A stretch of DNA of 64,000 bases from Halocafeteria seosinensis (taxonomy: Eukaryota), in assembly GCA_001687465.1 (NCBI GenBank), contig LVLI01000217.1, positions 1-64,000 on the forward strand, in the 5' to 3' direction. The notes below the pieces were generated by a model that worked only from the letters and a program-made list of their open reading frames with translations, searched no databases and was not told where the DNA came from. Each line of letters opens with the position of its first letter. The first letter of the stretch is position 1. The position numbers and the translations under genes were made by a program. Of this stretch, positions 12,929 through 26,200 are shown one piece after another.

Positions 12929-14010
12929 ATGAGTAGCCGACGTCTTGTGTCATGTGCGAACGCGGTGTTGGCACGGAGGATTGTGCCCACATCGCCTGCG
13001 CATTTGGGACTGCCACGGGCCATTGGCGTACCACTCTTCGGTCAATGTGGTGTAGATAGTAACAGTGTGAGGAGAGAAACTCGCTGGTCGTCGACGAGCT
13101 CGGGGACATGGTCTTATCATGAGAGAATGCGCCAAGAAGCATATAATCGCCACAAGGACTACTACAAAATACTGGGAATATCACCCGATGCCTCCTTTGA
13201 TGAAGTCAAGAAAAGCTTTCGTGAACTAGGTATGATGCCTGACGGGCGGTATTTACCTGTATATTCGGCTCATTGCTATGTGTGCACGAACCTGCAGCCA
13301 AAAAATACCACCCGGATGTGGGGACCAGTGAAGCAGTACGTCATTGTAGGGAACATTGATAACCATATTGTCACACATGTGATACTGATGCTCATTCCCT
13401 GTGTCTACAGGATCCAGGACTATTCAAGCTTATCGCTGAAGCATACTCAGTACTCTCTGACGAGGAAAAGCGGAGACAATACGACGCACAGTTTAGCTCG
13501 AGTAGCTCTCATCGGATGTCGGAAGAGGATCGGGAAAAGATTAGGAAGAAGAACGAACAGTTCTCGGAAGGATTTGGCACTAAGTTTAAACCGAGTACCG
13601 CAGGACAGTATACGCGGGACACCTCAGCGGAATCAGCTTATACAGGGGCAATGCAAGGAGCATTGAACCGCATGCGTGATGATGCGTATGTTCGGGGAAG
13701 GATGAACAGACAATTTAGGAATCGAGTATATGTGCCGACAAAGAATGAAAGTTATATTTCTCTCTTCTATCTGCCTATGTATGCCGCTGCTGTGCTGGCA
13801 GCTATGTGGCTCCTCTACAAGTATGTCGCGCGTAGCCGAGCCGTGGGTCCTAATCAGAAAGCATACGTCCCGCAAAATCCTCCTCGTGGAAAAGGGAGTC
13901 ACGATCATGTCCAAAGAAGAAAGAAAGCGCTGGAGGAGTTGGAGGAAAAGCGAAAACAGGAGCAAGGTAACAGAGCTTCGTGGCATAGTCAAGAAAAAGC
14001 CAGATTGTAG
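12929..14010 (+). CDS. DnaJ-domain protein with C-terminal TM segment, probable mitochondrial presequence
   Basis: KDYYKILGISPDASFDEVKKSFREL|AKKYHPDV..FKLIAEAYSVLSDEEKRRQYD after splicing; Arg/Ser-rich, acid-poor N-terminus. Confidence 0.9.
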
Positions 14011-14282
14011 GATTGTTGCACACTAAAGTGGTGCTTCTCTCCGTTCAGATGTTTCTCTGTTGAGGGCTGTTTGCGTTTGCTAAACGGGCGTTTCAGCGCT
14101 GGACCAATATTTGTGAAAACACCCGTTTGCTATGCACACACATGGCGATTGAAAAACATAGCTGAATCGATATACTTCTTGGTCTTAAATTACAGTCTGC
14201 ATTCGGAGGGGCTAAATGACGATCACTCTTTCTAAGACTTACCGTTTTCTTAAATCCGTTTTCAATCTGTACTAATACAACA

Positions 14283-14578
14283 TAATCCTACCCGTACCCT
14301 AAGCGCAGCAGCATCCGTCGATGTGGCATGCTGGTCCAGTGTGGACGGCTGCGAGTCATCCATTGCAGTATACTACCATGGTAACAATGGTGTAATTGCA
14401 ACCTTTCATTTTGCACTTTGAGCTTCCACGACGAGCCACTGACCATGGGTCATTGCATGCATTCCACTCCACCTGATATACAAGTTATGATGTAGATAGA
14501 AGATAGTAATCCTACCGGTACCCTAAGCGCAGCAGCATCCGTCGATGTGGCATTCTAGACCAGTGTGGACGGCTGCGA
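14283..14578. repeat. Two 72-bp direct repeat copies (14283-14354 and 14507-14578)
   Basis: TAATCCTACC(C/G)GTACCCTAAGCGCAGCAGCATCCGTCGATGTGGCAT...CCAGTGTGGACGGCTGCGA; 4 mismatches in 72 nt; starts 224 bp apart. Confidence 0.95.
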
Positions 14579-14830
14579 CTGTTGATTCCCATTCGTACGG
14601 TATAAAAATATTTCCAGCATTTGGTATCTTCCCGTGGGACGCTTGCGTTTCAACTTGCCGCTGTCGCAACTTCACATGCAACCGTCAACACACGTTAACG
14701 CTTATAATGTCCATTCCGAGTGGTTTGGAAAGCTATTCGCAGTTCCATAAGTGAGAGAGCACTCTGGCATAACAAAGGGCAAGCATGACGTGTGGAGAGA
14801 GGAGTAGAATCAGTGATATAGCGATGTGAA

Positions 14831-16452
14831 ATGGCTGCAGCGAAACCTTCCCCAGGCCATGCAACTCAGAATCGGGATGAAAGGACCATCACGAAGTTCA
14901 GGGATGTTGTCGATTACATTAGGTTCCATCCCCTCGAAGGTATGGTTACTCTGATCCTCCTGCTTGCCCCCATTAAATTCTAATCGGGAAGGTGTTTGTT
15001 GTCGCAGAGCAAAACAACTGGGAAGGCCTTACACCAGTACTCGAGCAATTCGCAGAAGATGCCGACAGGCAGCGCAAGGCGGCCTTCCATAGCAACTCCG
15101 CGAGGGAAGGTGGATCCATGGACCGAGCAATGCAGGAGGACATGCGGGACGAAGCTCCGCCCGATGAGCTAATTGTAGTTGTGGAATTACTAAGGTGAGA
15201 CATTCATTCGTGTTACTTTGACACCTCTGGAAACACTTTCATTTGTACAGAAATGAAGGAGTGCTGAAGAAGAGGAAATTACTTAGAGGAATATTGAGGG
15301 CCATAAAAATTTCACTGAGAAACCCTCGAAACAGAAAGTATTTACGGGAAGAAACTATTGAGACACTTAGCAATGTGCTTCATGTACAGCACGTACCAAC
15401 ATCGTATGTGAAGGGAGGACATGATGTGAGCAACAATCAACAAAGCGTTACTTTCACATTGCAGATGCGTCATAGAGGTTTGCAACTGCATCCTTAATAT
15501 GTGCCATTACCAGGCGAATATTGATGTGCTTCTGGAGAAAGAAGACACCCTACGACAACTGTTGACGTTCTTCACTAACGCGAACACGTACAGCGAGGAT
15601 ACACGCCTCTTGAAGTCCGCGTCCATAGGTTCATTGCAAAGTCTCTGTTATTATGCTCAAGGGCGCTTGTTTTTGCGCCGCATGCTCCACCGTCAAACTT
15701 CGGAAGCGGGTTTCCAGGAGAACCAGTTTTTCGAGCTAATTAAGGAAGCACTGTATCCTATACCATTTAGTGCTGAAGATCAGTTGTTCTCGAAGTGCGA
15801 AAGACTTAAATACCGAAAGTCCCCGAGGGATACCGAGTCACACAAGCGCCAACTCGGAAAGGAAACTGGTGAAGTAAAGCAATTACTTCAGCGTTGTCTC
15901 GGATGTCTTCTTAATATTTCATCGGATCCAGAACTGGGCGAGCACATATCTAGCACCGACGTGAGTTGCCATTCTTGTCCATCACCGCTCCTACTTCCAA
16001 CATTTGTCATCACGCAATTGTGTCGTATACAGGGTCTAATTGAAACAATTGGAAAATTCCTTGATGTACCACTTCCGGAGTTGGTAAAGCCTTCTCTGAA
16101 TATCATTCAAAATCTTGCTCGTTCCGGTCCCTGTAGAAGACAATTGCAAAACGACCAGCTATTGGACAGGTTGTGTACCCTTTCAATGAGCGGAAATGCG
16201 CCCTATCAAATAAGTGCAACAGCAGCTCTCCTGAATCTTCTGGCGCCTTACTCTGAAGATAGCATTGTCCACGATACCGTTACACATAACGATAGTAAGC
16301 AATCCCTGTCTGACGTCGATGAGGAACGAGTAGCCATGCTACGTCAAATACGAGAGAACGTCAGAGGAGCACTGTCCGATAACTTTGCGGCAGGGATGAT
16401 CCTAAGACAACTTACTATAGACGGGAGTATACCATTGTCCTCATTGGACTAG
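14831..16452 (+). CDS. Armadillo/HEAT-like helical repeat protein
   Basis: Multi-exon ORF with ARM-like motifs (A..SLQSLC, CLGCLLNIS, LNIIQNLA, ATAALLNL). Confidence 0.65.
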
Positions 16453-16464
16453 TGAAGTTTGTAC

Positions 16465-18837
16465 TCAGAGGGTCCCACTCATATCAGAATGAACCGAACC
16501 AGGGCTGTTCGGATGCTCCCCTTCATCTTCTCCACCGCTTGAATAATCTATCTCTGCCCCACCATATTCCGGGGCAAGAGGTGAAATCGCCGACGATCCA
16601 CCAACATGCTTACCCATTTCGATCTGCGACCCGCCGTTCCGGTTTGCAGGNCTTCCGGGCAAGGCATGTACACTACACAGTGTTCCATCCTGTTGTTTAA
16701 CGGCACCTACATACACCCACTTGTCTCGACGGTTATCCCATACCTTGCGAAATTTTTCTCTGAAATCACAAATCCATAGAATAGCTTGCTGAAATAAGTA
16801 AACGTAATTGTCTAAAATATGAACTCACGTACCCTGAAAGTGCGCAGTAAGGCTGGTCTTCGTCAGCGGATACTACGTGATCCATATCTTCTGAGGCCTG
16901 CGGATCGGGTCCCTCATCTTGGGCTTCTTCTTGAAAATCGAAGAACGATTTATCCTCTACCTCTAGCTGTCGGGGTACACTTGATATCCAGTCTGACTCC
17001 TGAGGAAACCAAGGCTGTGAGATTATTCCGCTGTTCGGTTTCTTTTTTTCTCGAACAGACGAAATCCAAGCTTGATGAGCCTTTAACTCTTTTTGAGTGG
17101 AGAAACGCAGACCATCGCTCATACAACGATACGGAAGGCCAGTATCGTATAGCACTGCTATAGCTCCATCGTCCCGTTTCTTGATCGTGAAATCATCCAT
17201 CGAAGTATCTAATGGAGAAGGGCCTGTGTATGCGTACGCTTGCTCCACCATTTCTGACGGGCTCTGCTCTTGATTCGTTCCATGTTGACGATAGCCCCCT
17301 CGCCGACTCTTGTCAATTTCATGAATTATATTTTGGGCCTCAGAAGTGAGTTGTGGAACAGGTTCTGAAGCTGCGGCTGCTGCATCATGGGGATTCGATG
17401 ACTCCATACGCCTCTTCCGTGCAAAGTACATAGCAACCTGGTTCGCCAGGTCCGTGAAGTTGTTTGCAGAAAGCTCTCTAGTCACTGCACCGTCATCCGT
17501 TTCATCGTCAGGTTTCGTTTGGTTATAGTTCCAAAGCGCATTTTTGGCTATCTCCAAGGGCTCAATGCCTTGCCCTGAGTCAGCAGGCAGATTCATCTCC
17601 GATGAGGCAAACGCCATTGAAGACGAAGGATATCCCTGAGGCATGCCCTGCGAGAATTGAGGTTGAGCCATCGTTGGGTAAGTTCCGTATTGATTCCAAA
17701 ACTGCGGTGGGACGCCTTGTTGGACTGGATCGGCCGGAAATCCCATCGATTGCTGGCCAGCTCCCATTTCATAGCCCGCAGCATACATATGTTGCTGACT
17801 CCATACCCCAGAAGGATTTCCGTACTGGGCGGGTCCCCCCATGCTTGCTGGTGGCATTTGAAAATTTTGCTCAGGTCCCCAGCCGTTCATTGCTTGAGGC
17901 GGGACAAAATTCGGATCAGCACTGGGCCACCCCATCGATTGTGCCATTCCGTTACCAGGAAAAGCTGAGTTTCCGTATGTCGGTGGATAAGCGGAGTTCC
18001 AGGGCTGATTGAATTCAGGCGCGGGAGGAGGAGGCGGGGAAGGTACGCTCTCGTATCGATTTTGTTTAGACCCTGGGTACTCCATCGGCGGCCCCGGTCT
18101 TTTCATCTGGGGGTTTCTCTGTCCCAGAATAGATTGATTCCCTCTTGCATCCAGCCGATCAATTTCATTGATTATCGCTGTAGCTTCCTGAGTGAGTATC
18201 TTGAATTCGGTCCACGTGTAGAGGCACTTCCTAACCTTTTGCAGCGGTGAAATGTCGCCCGGCCTCGAAGGGCTTCGAGGAATCTGCAACACAAAATGCC
18301 CGGCCTTGGAGAGCGAACTATAATAGCGACTTCTTCTCTACCCCCTTACCTGTGGTATAACCTGTTGGAAGAGCTTCTCCACCCTCGGACCAAGCTGCTT
18401 TATGTACAGCCCTCCTACTCGTTTCAAAATGGAGTCTAGTGCGTACACTACCGGCAATTTGCAGTCGGGTGGTACCTGCAGATAGGAAATCAGGAGCAAG
18501 TTAAAATCGTCAATGCTAACCACTTTGGCATGTAAGGACAGCGACAGAACCATGAGAACTGAGAGCTTTCTTATTGATGTATTCATTCAATTGCTACATG
18601 GTAATTCATCGTCGTTGCTTGGCTCTACACCATTCCCGGCTCTAGCAAATCGAAAATAGGTGTCTTCGGCCTTACTTTTTTCAACTGTTCCTCAATGACC
18701 TGGAGGATGGACATCACCCCAATGGAGTCGTTTGATGCGTCATTTGCCACCATTGTAAGGGCATGGATTACGCTCCCATCGGGGTGGCGCCCGAGTTCGC
18801 TTAGCTCCCTTTTGAAGCTCTCTGCGAGTGTGGACAT
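16465..18837 (-). CDS. PCF11: Pcf11-like cleavage/polyadenylation factor
   Basis: N-terminal CID (IHALTMVA, KLPVVYALDSILKRVG, KVRKCLYTW); C-terminal zinc-finger motifs CMSDGLRF..H..W and CALSGEKF..VWD..W.Y. Confidence 0.9.
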
Positions 18838-19085
18838 TGTGAACGCGCCTTACCCCTGCTATCCTTTATATACTGAACCTCAGCAAAGAGTCAGATAGTC
18901 AAAAATGCAGGAGCTAGCCACTGTAAATGCCGCTGCTACTTCCTGCCAAGGCGGCTTACTGGGACACGACAATCAATTGTTTAGGCACTCAGGCAAAGAA
19001 AAGAATGTTGTGTTTGGCGCCAAAACCCACTCTTTGTGATCCGTTGCCGATAACAAGGAAACGATAATAGCACTCAGTTTGCAAA

Positions 19086-20427
19086 GTGACTCAACAGAAC
19101 GGCATTACTCAAGTGGACTCTACAGCGAACAATAGGATGGGCATAAGGAACAACGGACTTCTAACCCCTTTGGGAGGCAATCGGGAAATCACAACAGCTA
19201 CAACTGAAGGTCGCTTGGGAAAGAAATGGAATCCAGAGTATACACCGGTAAAGGTTCACGAGAATACAAAAGCTAGTAGCAATCTACCTGATTACTTCAA
19301 AGTAGACCATGTAAGTTCCAGAAACGTGAGTAATGGCAACGAGAGGGCAAATGACGTGGAAAGAGTTCTGCAGGTTCAACATGCTGAGTATACAGCACGT
19401 CCCGTTTGGGATAATATCACACACCCCTCCAAAAAGCTTCAGAGGAGAGTCGCAAAGGTATGATATAACAGAGAATTCGCTTGTTAACAATAAACCAACG
19501 TTACTTCCACAGAGTGGATCCGATACCTCCCTGGATGGCCCAGCGTGGTTCGTCCCCAACGTAAGCCATAGTTTTAATGTTTATGGTTGCAAGTATTAGT
19601 GGAGTGTTCATTAGTTTTTGCGGATGCAGTACACTCCAAAGGTCAACCCGAAATCTACATACAGAAAATCAGTTTCAACAGATGGATTGACGTTGTTAGA
19701 GGACACCACAAATGATAGGAATTTGTATGATCCACAGGTCGACAGAATGACTAGTGCGTACGCTACAAGAACAATCTCCTCATTAACTCTCCGCGGAACG
19801 ATGAACTCAGTTTATGGATCGACGACATCTGATGCTAAGTCAAAGGAAGTCGATGAGTTTCTACGGAGTTCTAAGAGAACTTTGTTACCGTCGGCTCACT
19901 CTGCTGAGAGTCTGCGTCGGAAATCTTCTGGGGTGATTGGTGCCAGTGCCCCAGTGAACACTTCGCATATACATACCGAAGAGCTTGACGCGAGGCAACG
20001 GAATAGACGCGCACTTGCTCATAATGCAATGACTATGGACACATGGAAGGCTGGTGACATTGTTGACATGAGAGAGACTAGCGAACTCACGACAGCAGAT
20101 GGGGTACAGGGCATAGGACGAAGGCGTCCAGCGGTGATACCGCAACATTCAAAACTGCGACGCAGAACTGATACTTCTTTTGCGAATAGTGAAGAAGCGC
20201 ACGGATCTTTACAACCCACAAGAAGTGTACGGCAGATATTGTCGCCGGATAAAACGAAGGGATCTACAAAAACTTTCACAAAAGAAGTTGTACCGGAATG
20301 CCGGAACAGTAGAGGCTCAGACAATAGTACTAGACCGTCAGCAAGGAATACAGCAACTACCTCCGGTCGCGTAAGGAGTAGGTATCCTTTGAAAGATGCT
20401 AGGGCGCGTGGGAACCCACACGTCTAG
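19086..20427 (+). CDS. Uncharacterised Ser/Thr/Arg-rich protein (spliced; start uncertain)
   Basis: Consecutive ORFs joined by GT-AG introns (e.g. 19561-19629); no family recognised. Confidence 0.55.
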
Positions 20428-20433
20428 AGGCAT

Positions 20434-22910
20434 TTATCTAAGCTCTTCCTCTCCCTCTTCCATCTCATGTAGTGTGTCTTCTAGTCTCATCAAATGTATG
20501 AAGCGGGAAGCTAAGCGGTCATATTCTTGAGGGATCTTTTTCAGAACGAAATCTGTGAGGTCAAACTGACCCCCGCGTCGAGCGATTTTCATTCTTCGGT
20601 ACCACGTTGCAGACCGCAGTCTCGTGAATGCTTCGTCCGACATTTGGCTAATGAGAAATTCTCGCAACTCAGTGATTTCGCACTCCAGACTCTCTTTTTC
20701 CGCTGTGCTCTCGTCTCCGGGCAGAACCTTCGGTAGTATATCGGCGAACTCCTCATCTTCGCGGTCAGAATGAGTAGTTCCCGTTACACTGCTGTGATGG
20801 CGGCTCTTTTCGGGGATTGGATTATCCATACCACGAGGCGCCTTGCCATAGTCGTATGGTGACCCCGCACTTGCTGGCTGCCATTCCGGGTCTTTCTCAG
20901 GTGTCCGGCAAGGATGATGCGGAGGTAGGTCATTAGTTGGTCTAGCGGGTTTAGCTGATGATGGCTTACTTTCGGGTGCTATCTTCTGTCTGCGTCGGCG
21001 CGGTGCGCGTCTCCCTCCATTGGCCTTAATAGGAACCTCTTGACCTTTTATTTCCGCCCCTGGGGTGGCAGCTTTGTTTGAAGGCATAACCTTGCTTCTA
21101 GGTGACGCGGCACCACTTCTTTCCGGCTGAGAGCGAAGATCGGATTCACCATTGTCCTCATTTCTGGCTTCTCTCGCTAAAACCCGCTGCATGTTAGGTT
21201 GGGGTAGCTCCTGCCCAATGTCGTTACCTTCTTTTAGTTCTTCTGAAGCAATCTTTACTGTTCCTTCGAACTGCGTCCCCAAACGAGTCATTGCTTCAGC
21301 ATCGGGCATCCCTCTGTCTTCTTCCTTCTCTCCTACAACGGCGGCACTGGTATCCTCAAGGTATTCAGCATTCCCCTTCTCAGTTTCTTTCGCTGGTGGA
21401 GCTTGGGGCTGGGTAAGATAGTCTCCTGCATATACGGCTCCTTCTGGAGTGGACCCGTGCCTTCGCTTCTCAGACTTGGCAACCGGTTTTGCACTTCCTT
21501 TTTCCTGTGGAGTGGACAGTACTCTAGAGGAGTGGTCCTTGTCACTAGGAGCGGTCTTCTCTGGTTCTTTGACCGTTTCCTCCTCGATCAGCGAAACATG
21601 AGGAATGCGGTATCCCTTTGAATAGCAGCGAAGAACATATTCTTCTAACGCCGGCTGGAGAAACGGAAGCTGCAGGATGGCCCCCACACTTGGGCGATGA
21701 CTCGGATTTTTCGAAAGCATCAGGTTCAGTAGACTTCGTAGTTCACGTGAATAGACCTCTGGAATGGGTTTAAACACTCCACGCATGATGCGCCTTATGA
21801 GGCTTGTAATGCTTGCTCCTTCAAAAGCATGCCTTTGGGCACACATTTCATAGATGATGCAGCCAACGGCCCATATATCCGATTTATGGTTATACGGCTT
21901 ATTTTCGCAAATTTCAGGAGAGCTGCAAAGTTACGCGAAACGTTCCTTCCAATCCTGGGACTCCAGAGATACCAGGAATTACTTACAGATAGTATGGAGT
22001 TCCAACAACCGTGTTAGCGCACTCGAATGTGTGTTTTAGAACCCGCGCAATACCGAAGTCGCCAAGCTGCAAAGTGAGCACAAGTAGACCAAGATAGACC
22101 AAGGACGGTGGACTGTTGATTTTCGGCTACTAACCTTTACACCGTCGTTCTTAGTCAGAAAAATATTTTGAGTTTTTAGATCTCGGTGCAGAACCTTTTT
22201 CTTGTGGACGTACCTGTAAGTAGCACTCCTTCGTGGAACCAACAAACAAATAGAGCCAAGTCGTGTACAATTGTTGCGGAACTTACAGCAATGCAAGACA
22301 TATTTGCACCACCCAGCTCAGGATCCGCTTCTCTGATATCAACTTCCCCTTCTTGTGAGCTATGTAAGCTGATAAATCGCCGCACTCTGTGAGCACTAGC
22401 TTTAGTGTCTTCCAAAAATGAGTTACTTGCGATCTTCTAGCATTTCCCTCTTACCTGCTAATTCAGTAACAATATGGAGAGAGCCATCGTCCTCGAAACT
22501 CTCAATATGTCCGATGATGGCTGAAAACTTATCATCGTGCGCTGAGTTGACACCTCCCAATATCTTGCATTGCACTTACCTGGATGTGAAAGTTTTGATA
22601 AAATGGTAACTTCTTTCTGTGCTGCTCGGCGTTCTGCTTCAGGCATGTCTCGAACATCCACCACCTTTATCACTACCTGTACTTTGAGCAGCCATGGATG
22701 GTGACTCAACTCCGAAGTTGAATCACGTCGCGTTGACAACGCGAACTGCACATGCTCACCTTTTCGTTGCTCCTATTGTCTACGGCAAGTACAGCCTTCC
22801 CAAATGCCCCCTTACCTGAAATTAACAAAGAATTAACTAGAAAGAGTCGCAAAGCATGCGTCGAATGACTGAGACTCACCAATCACTTTCTTCATAGTAT
22901 AGTTCTCCAT
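20434..22910 (-). CDS. NIMA-related (NEK) Ser/Thr kinase
   Basis: [68 protein letters not shown]; long disordered C-terminal tail. Confidence 0.95.
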
Positions 22911-23116
22911 CCTGGTTTCCCGTTTGGCTTGCGCTGGGAAGCTACTACAAGAGGATTTTTAGAATAGAACTTAATGGGTGTTGATGATAGGAAAAGATAT
23001 TCTTGATAAGGAAAGCCGAGAAATTTAATGACAATGCAGTGGACATGTGCGTGCACTGCTGTGTTCTTCAATTCTGTGAATCTGTGTCACAACGTGTTGC
23101 GCATTGCAAAACGACA

Positions 23117-24109
23117 CTACAAAAACAACGTTGTAACAGCTTCTTCTATTTGCTTGTTTATGCATAGCGAACTATCGAATCCCCCTGTAACTCTTTCCTT
23201 ATAGATGTTCCTGTCTTTTTCCTTCCTCTTCTTTAGCCCGTGGGACTGCGGCTCTTGGATATGTGGAACTGGCGGATGGCCAACATCTCGCAGTGTGGCT
23301 CCTTGACCGGAACCAATAGTGTACTCTCGTGCCCCACTCGCCTCATCCTTATCCATATCTTCTTGTCGGGGTCTTTTGCGATTTGGTTGATGGGAACTAG
23401 AGTCCTGGGCGGCATCTCCAGAGGTTGCCTGAGCAGTCGGCCCCGCATGTTGAGCAATCAAATGCATGTTTTCATGTTCGTATTCAGAAATTGCCCTTTC
23501 CGTCGCTTCCACATTTTTTCCAGTCACTAAATTTGCGATATACGTTTCGACCAACTCGACATAGTCGTTGTATTGACGTTTGGCTTCCTCTGCGCTCGGG
23601 CAAGTCTTCAGGAAGTAATCTTTGTCTTTAGTGAATCTGCATTTTTTGTCGCATATATCATTGTCGCTTTGATGAGAGCTCTATCTTTAGATCATTCATT
23701 CAGTCTCTTTCTTACATCTTTCTTAGCCTCTTTCGCACTTTCACCTCGGTGGCGAATTCTTGATCGTCCGGTGTTTGAGCTTGCTGGTGCACTGAGCGCT
23801 TCTTCAAGGAACCCTTTTTTCGGGGTAGAGATGCTCCACATGCGGGACATTTCGCGTATCCTCGTTGAGTTTGCACACTCGCCCTAGCATACGCTCTATC
23901 GATACATTTACCACACCTGCAGCCCAAAATCATGGCAGACAGAGTGAAGTGCCAAGGGCATAGCCCTGGATTCAGGCGACGTACAGAACGTGTCCACATT
24001 GTGCACCCTTGTACAAGGCAGAATCCGGGGTGAATGACCTCCCGAAAGGATCTTCCCCAGAGTGTTTGCATGAGCTGCAAATGTTCGGATCGATGCCGGC
24101 AGCGGCCAT
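23117..24109 (-). CDS. MNAT1: CDK-activating kinase assembly factor MAT1
   Basis: RING (CSSC..CGH.|CGKC..CPAC), EVKVRKRL, YNDYVELVETYIANLV, C-terminal GGF..IEEA..LF. Confidence 0.85.
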
Positions 24110-24260
24110 TATGAGTACGCCTTTGAATTCTGCTCCGGCACTCTCTGAGGGTCTTCACACTTTATGCCATTATACAAGGTAATATGTCGAGAATTGTCAC
24201 ATATACAACATTAGAATATATTAAACAAATACATAAAGAGTACAAATGCGATAATAATTA

Positions 24261-25635
24261 ATGAATCTAAAAATGATGAAACGACTGGTTCCGGCCGTAT
24301 CCAGGAAGCAGCAGCATGTAAGTCACACAACTGAAGGTCCTAAACCACTTCAGCCAGGTTTCTACTCGGTTCAACCCCCTACTGTGCACCTTCATGAGTC
24401 CTGGGTCTTTATGACTGCAGACCTGCCTGCTGCCGACACTGGGAAATAGAGGGAGTAATCTCTTGTACAGAACGCATGCGTCAATACCCACTATGCAACT
24501 CATGGGAGATCCTCCGCTGGGAGCGACCGGCGGCGAAGCAGCTGAAGCCTCTTCGCAGACTTCTTTAAGTCGAAAGCGGATGGTTGATTTACGCTCAGAT
24601 ACCGTCACCAAGCCTACAGCTGAGATGACTATTGCAATGATGGATGCTGAAGTAGGAGACGACGTGTATCACGAAGATCCGACAGTCAATAAACTCGAGA
24701 AACGCGCAGCTGAAGTCTTCGGGAAAGAGAGTGCACTCTTCGTGCCTTCGGGGACAATGGGGAACCTTTGCTCTATTGGAGCATTAACTAGTCAACGAGG
24801 TGAAGAAATGCTAATAGGTGATCTGAGTCATATGTACCACTATGAGCAAGGCGGTGCCGCGTTCCTCTTGGGTGTTAACAGCTTTGCTATTCGCACGGAA
24901 CCCGACGGAACGCTAAAGCTTCAAGATCTCCAAGACAGTATCAAAGAGCCAGATCCGCATTATGCCAAAACTACTGTTGTCTGTCTAGAAAACACTCATA
25001 ACAAGTGTGGTGGAACCGTGCTGCCCAAGGCTTACATCGACGACGTTGCTGCGCTCTGCAAAGAAGAAGGACTTAAATTACATATGGATGGCGCTCGAAT
25101 TTTTAATGCTTCAACTGAGTTAGGAATAAATGTATCATCTTTAGTAGAGAACTGCGATACAGTCTCTGCGTGTTTGAGTAAGGGACTCGGCGCGCCGGTG
25201 GGAAGCGTTGTGGCCGGAAGCAAGGAGGTGGTGGATCGGGCTCATCGGCTGCGTAAAGCTCTTGGTGGAGGAATGAGGCAAGCAGGAATAATGGCAGCGC
25301 CAGCGTATGTTGCCCTCGAGAAGGGACCTGATGGTCTAAAGCAGGATCATCAAAATGCTCGGTACTTTGCTCGGTGTGTTGACCCAGTACCGGGAATAAG
25401 TGTTCGCGGCAAGGTTGCTTCGAACATGGTTTTCTTGACGCTAGAGCAAGAAACATTGGGAGTGAGTTCAGCAGACTTTGCCAATTCTTTGGAAAGTGAA
25501 TTCGGTGTACAAACGGGACCTGTAGGAAAGAACGTGCTCCGCTTTGTGTGGCATCATCAGGTGTCCTCTGAACAGACTGAAAAAGCCATCGACGCTGTTA
25601 CTTCTCTAGCGAATAGGTTGGGCAAGAAGGAATGA
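24261..25635 (+). CDS. ltaE: Low-specificity L-threonine aldolase, probable mitochondrial presequence
   Basis: DLRSDTVT, GDDVYHEDPT, SGTMGN, ENTHN, HMDGAR, CLSKGLGAPVGS, GGGMRQAG; intron 24318-24420 joins a basic N-terminal leader in frame. Confidence 0.96.
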
Positions 25636-26200
25636 AACAAACGTGCTATCCTACCTTAAATTACTAGGTGAGAATTCCCACGCTTGTTTGGACAACTAAG
25701 ACTGAGTCAACACTTTCATAAGTCAGTTCCGTCTTATCTTCACATCTCTTTCTCGACCTTCACAAGCAGCCATAGTGTTCTCTCTCGCAGCTCCGCCGGG
25801 CTTTATGAGTTTCTCGGCCCCCTTCTCGGGTGGAAGATTATTGCATTCTGTTTACCAGTTCCATATCTCAAATAAACCTCGTATTTCCTTGCATTGAACG
25901 CCATTATAAGCTTTTCTAAGGCGGTACAACGAGGAATCTTAAACTCGCAGTTTTGATTGTCGCATCGTGTACGAACAATTGGAATCCGGTCAAGAATTCC
26001 AACTTCTGGGTTTGTTGTGTATGCTTTTGGTCAAGCATATCACTCTTTGCGTTGCTAGGGTCCCTTGTGCTGCAACAGTTGAGTTCTGTTGTACTTGTGT
26101 TTCTATTGGATTCTTAGAGTTAGGTTAGCATTCCCATTTGTTCTCATTGCGGATTTCTTCTGTTGCCTGATACGTATTCACCCTGATACTCTCTGGAAAA

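Noticed and set aside
14283..14578. CRISPR-like or snRNA-gene interpretation of the duplicated element
   Set aside because: Only two copies, repeat and spacer too long, eukaryotic context; no U1/U2/U4/U5/U6 signature recognised.
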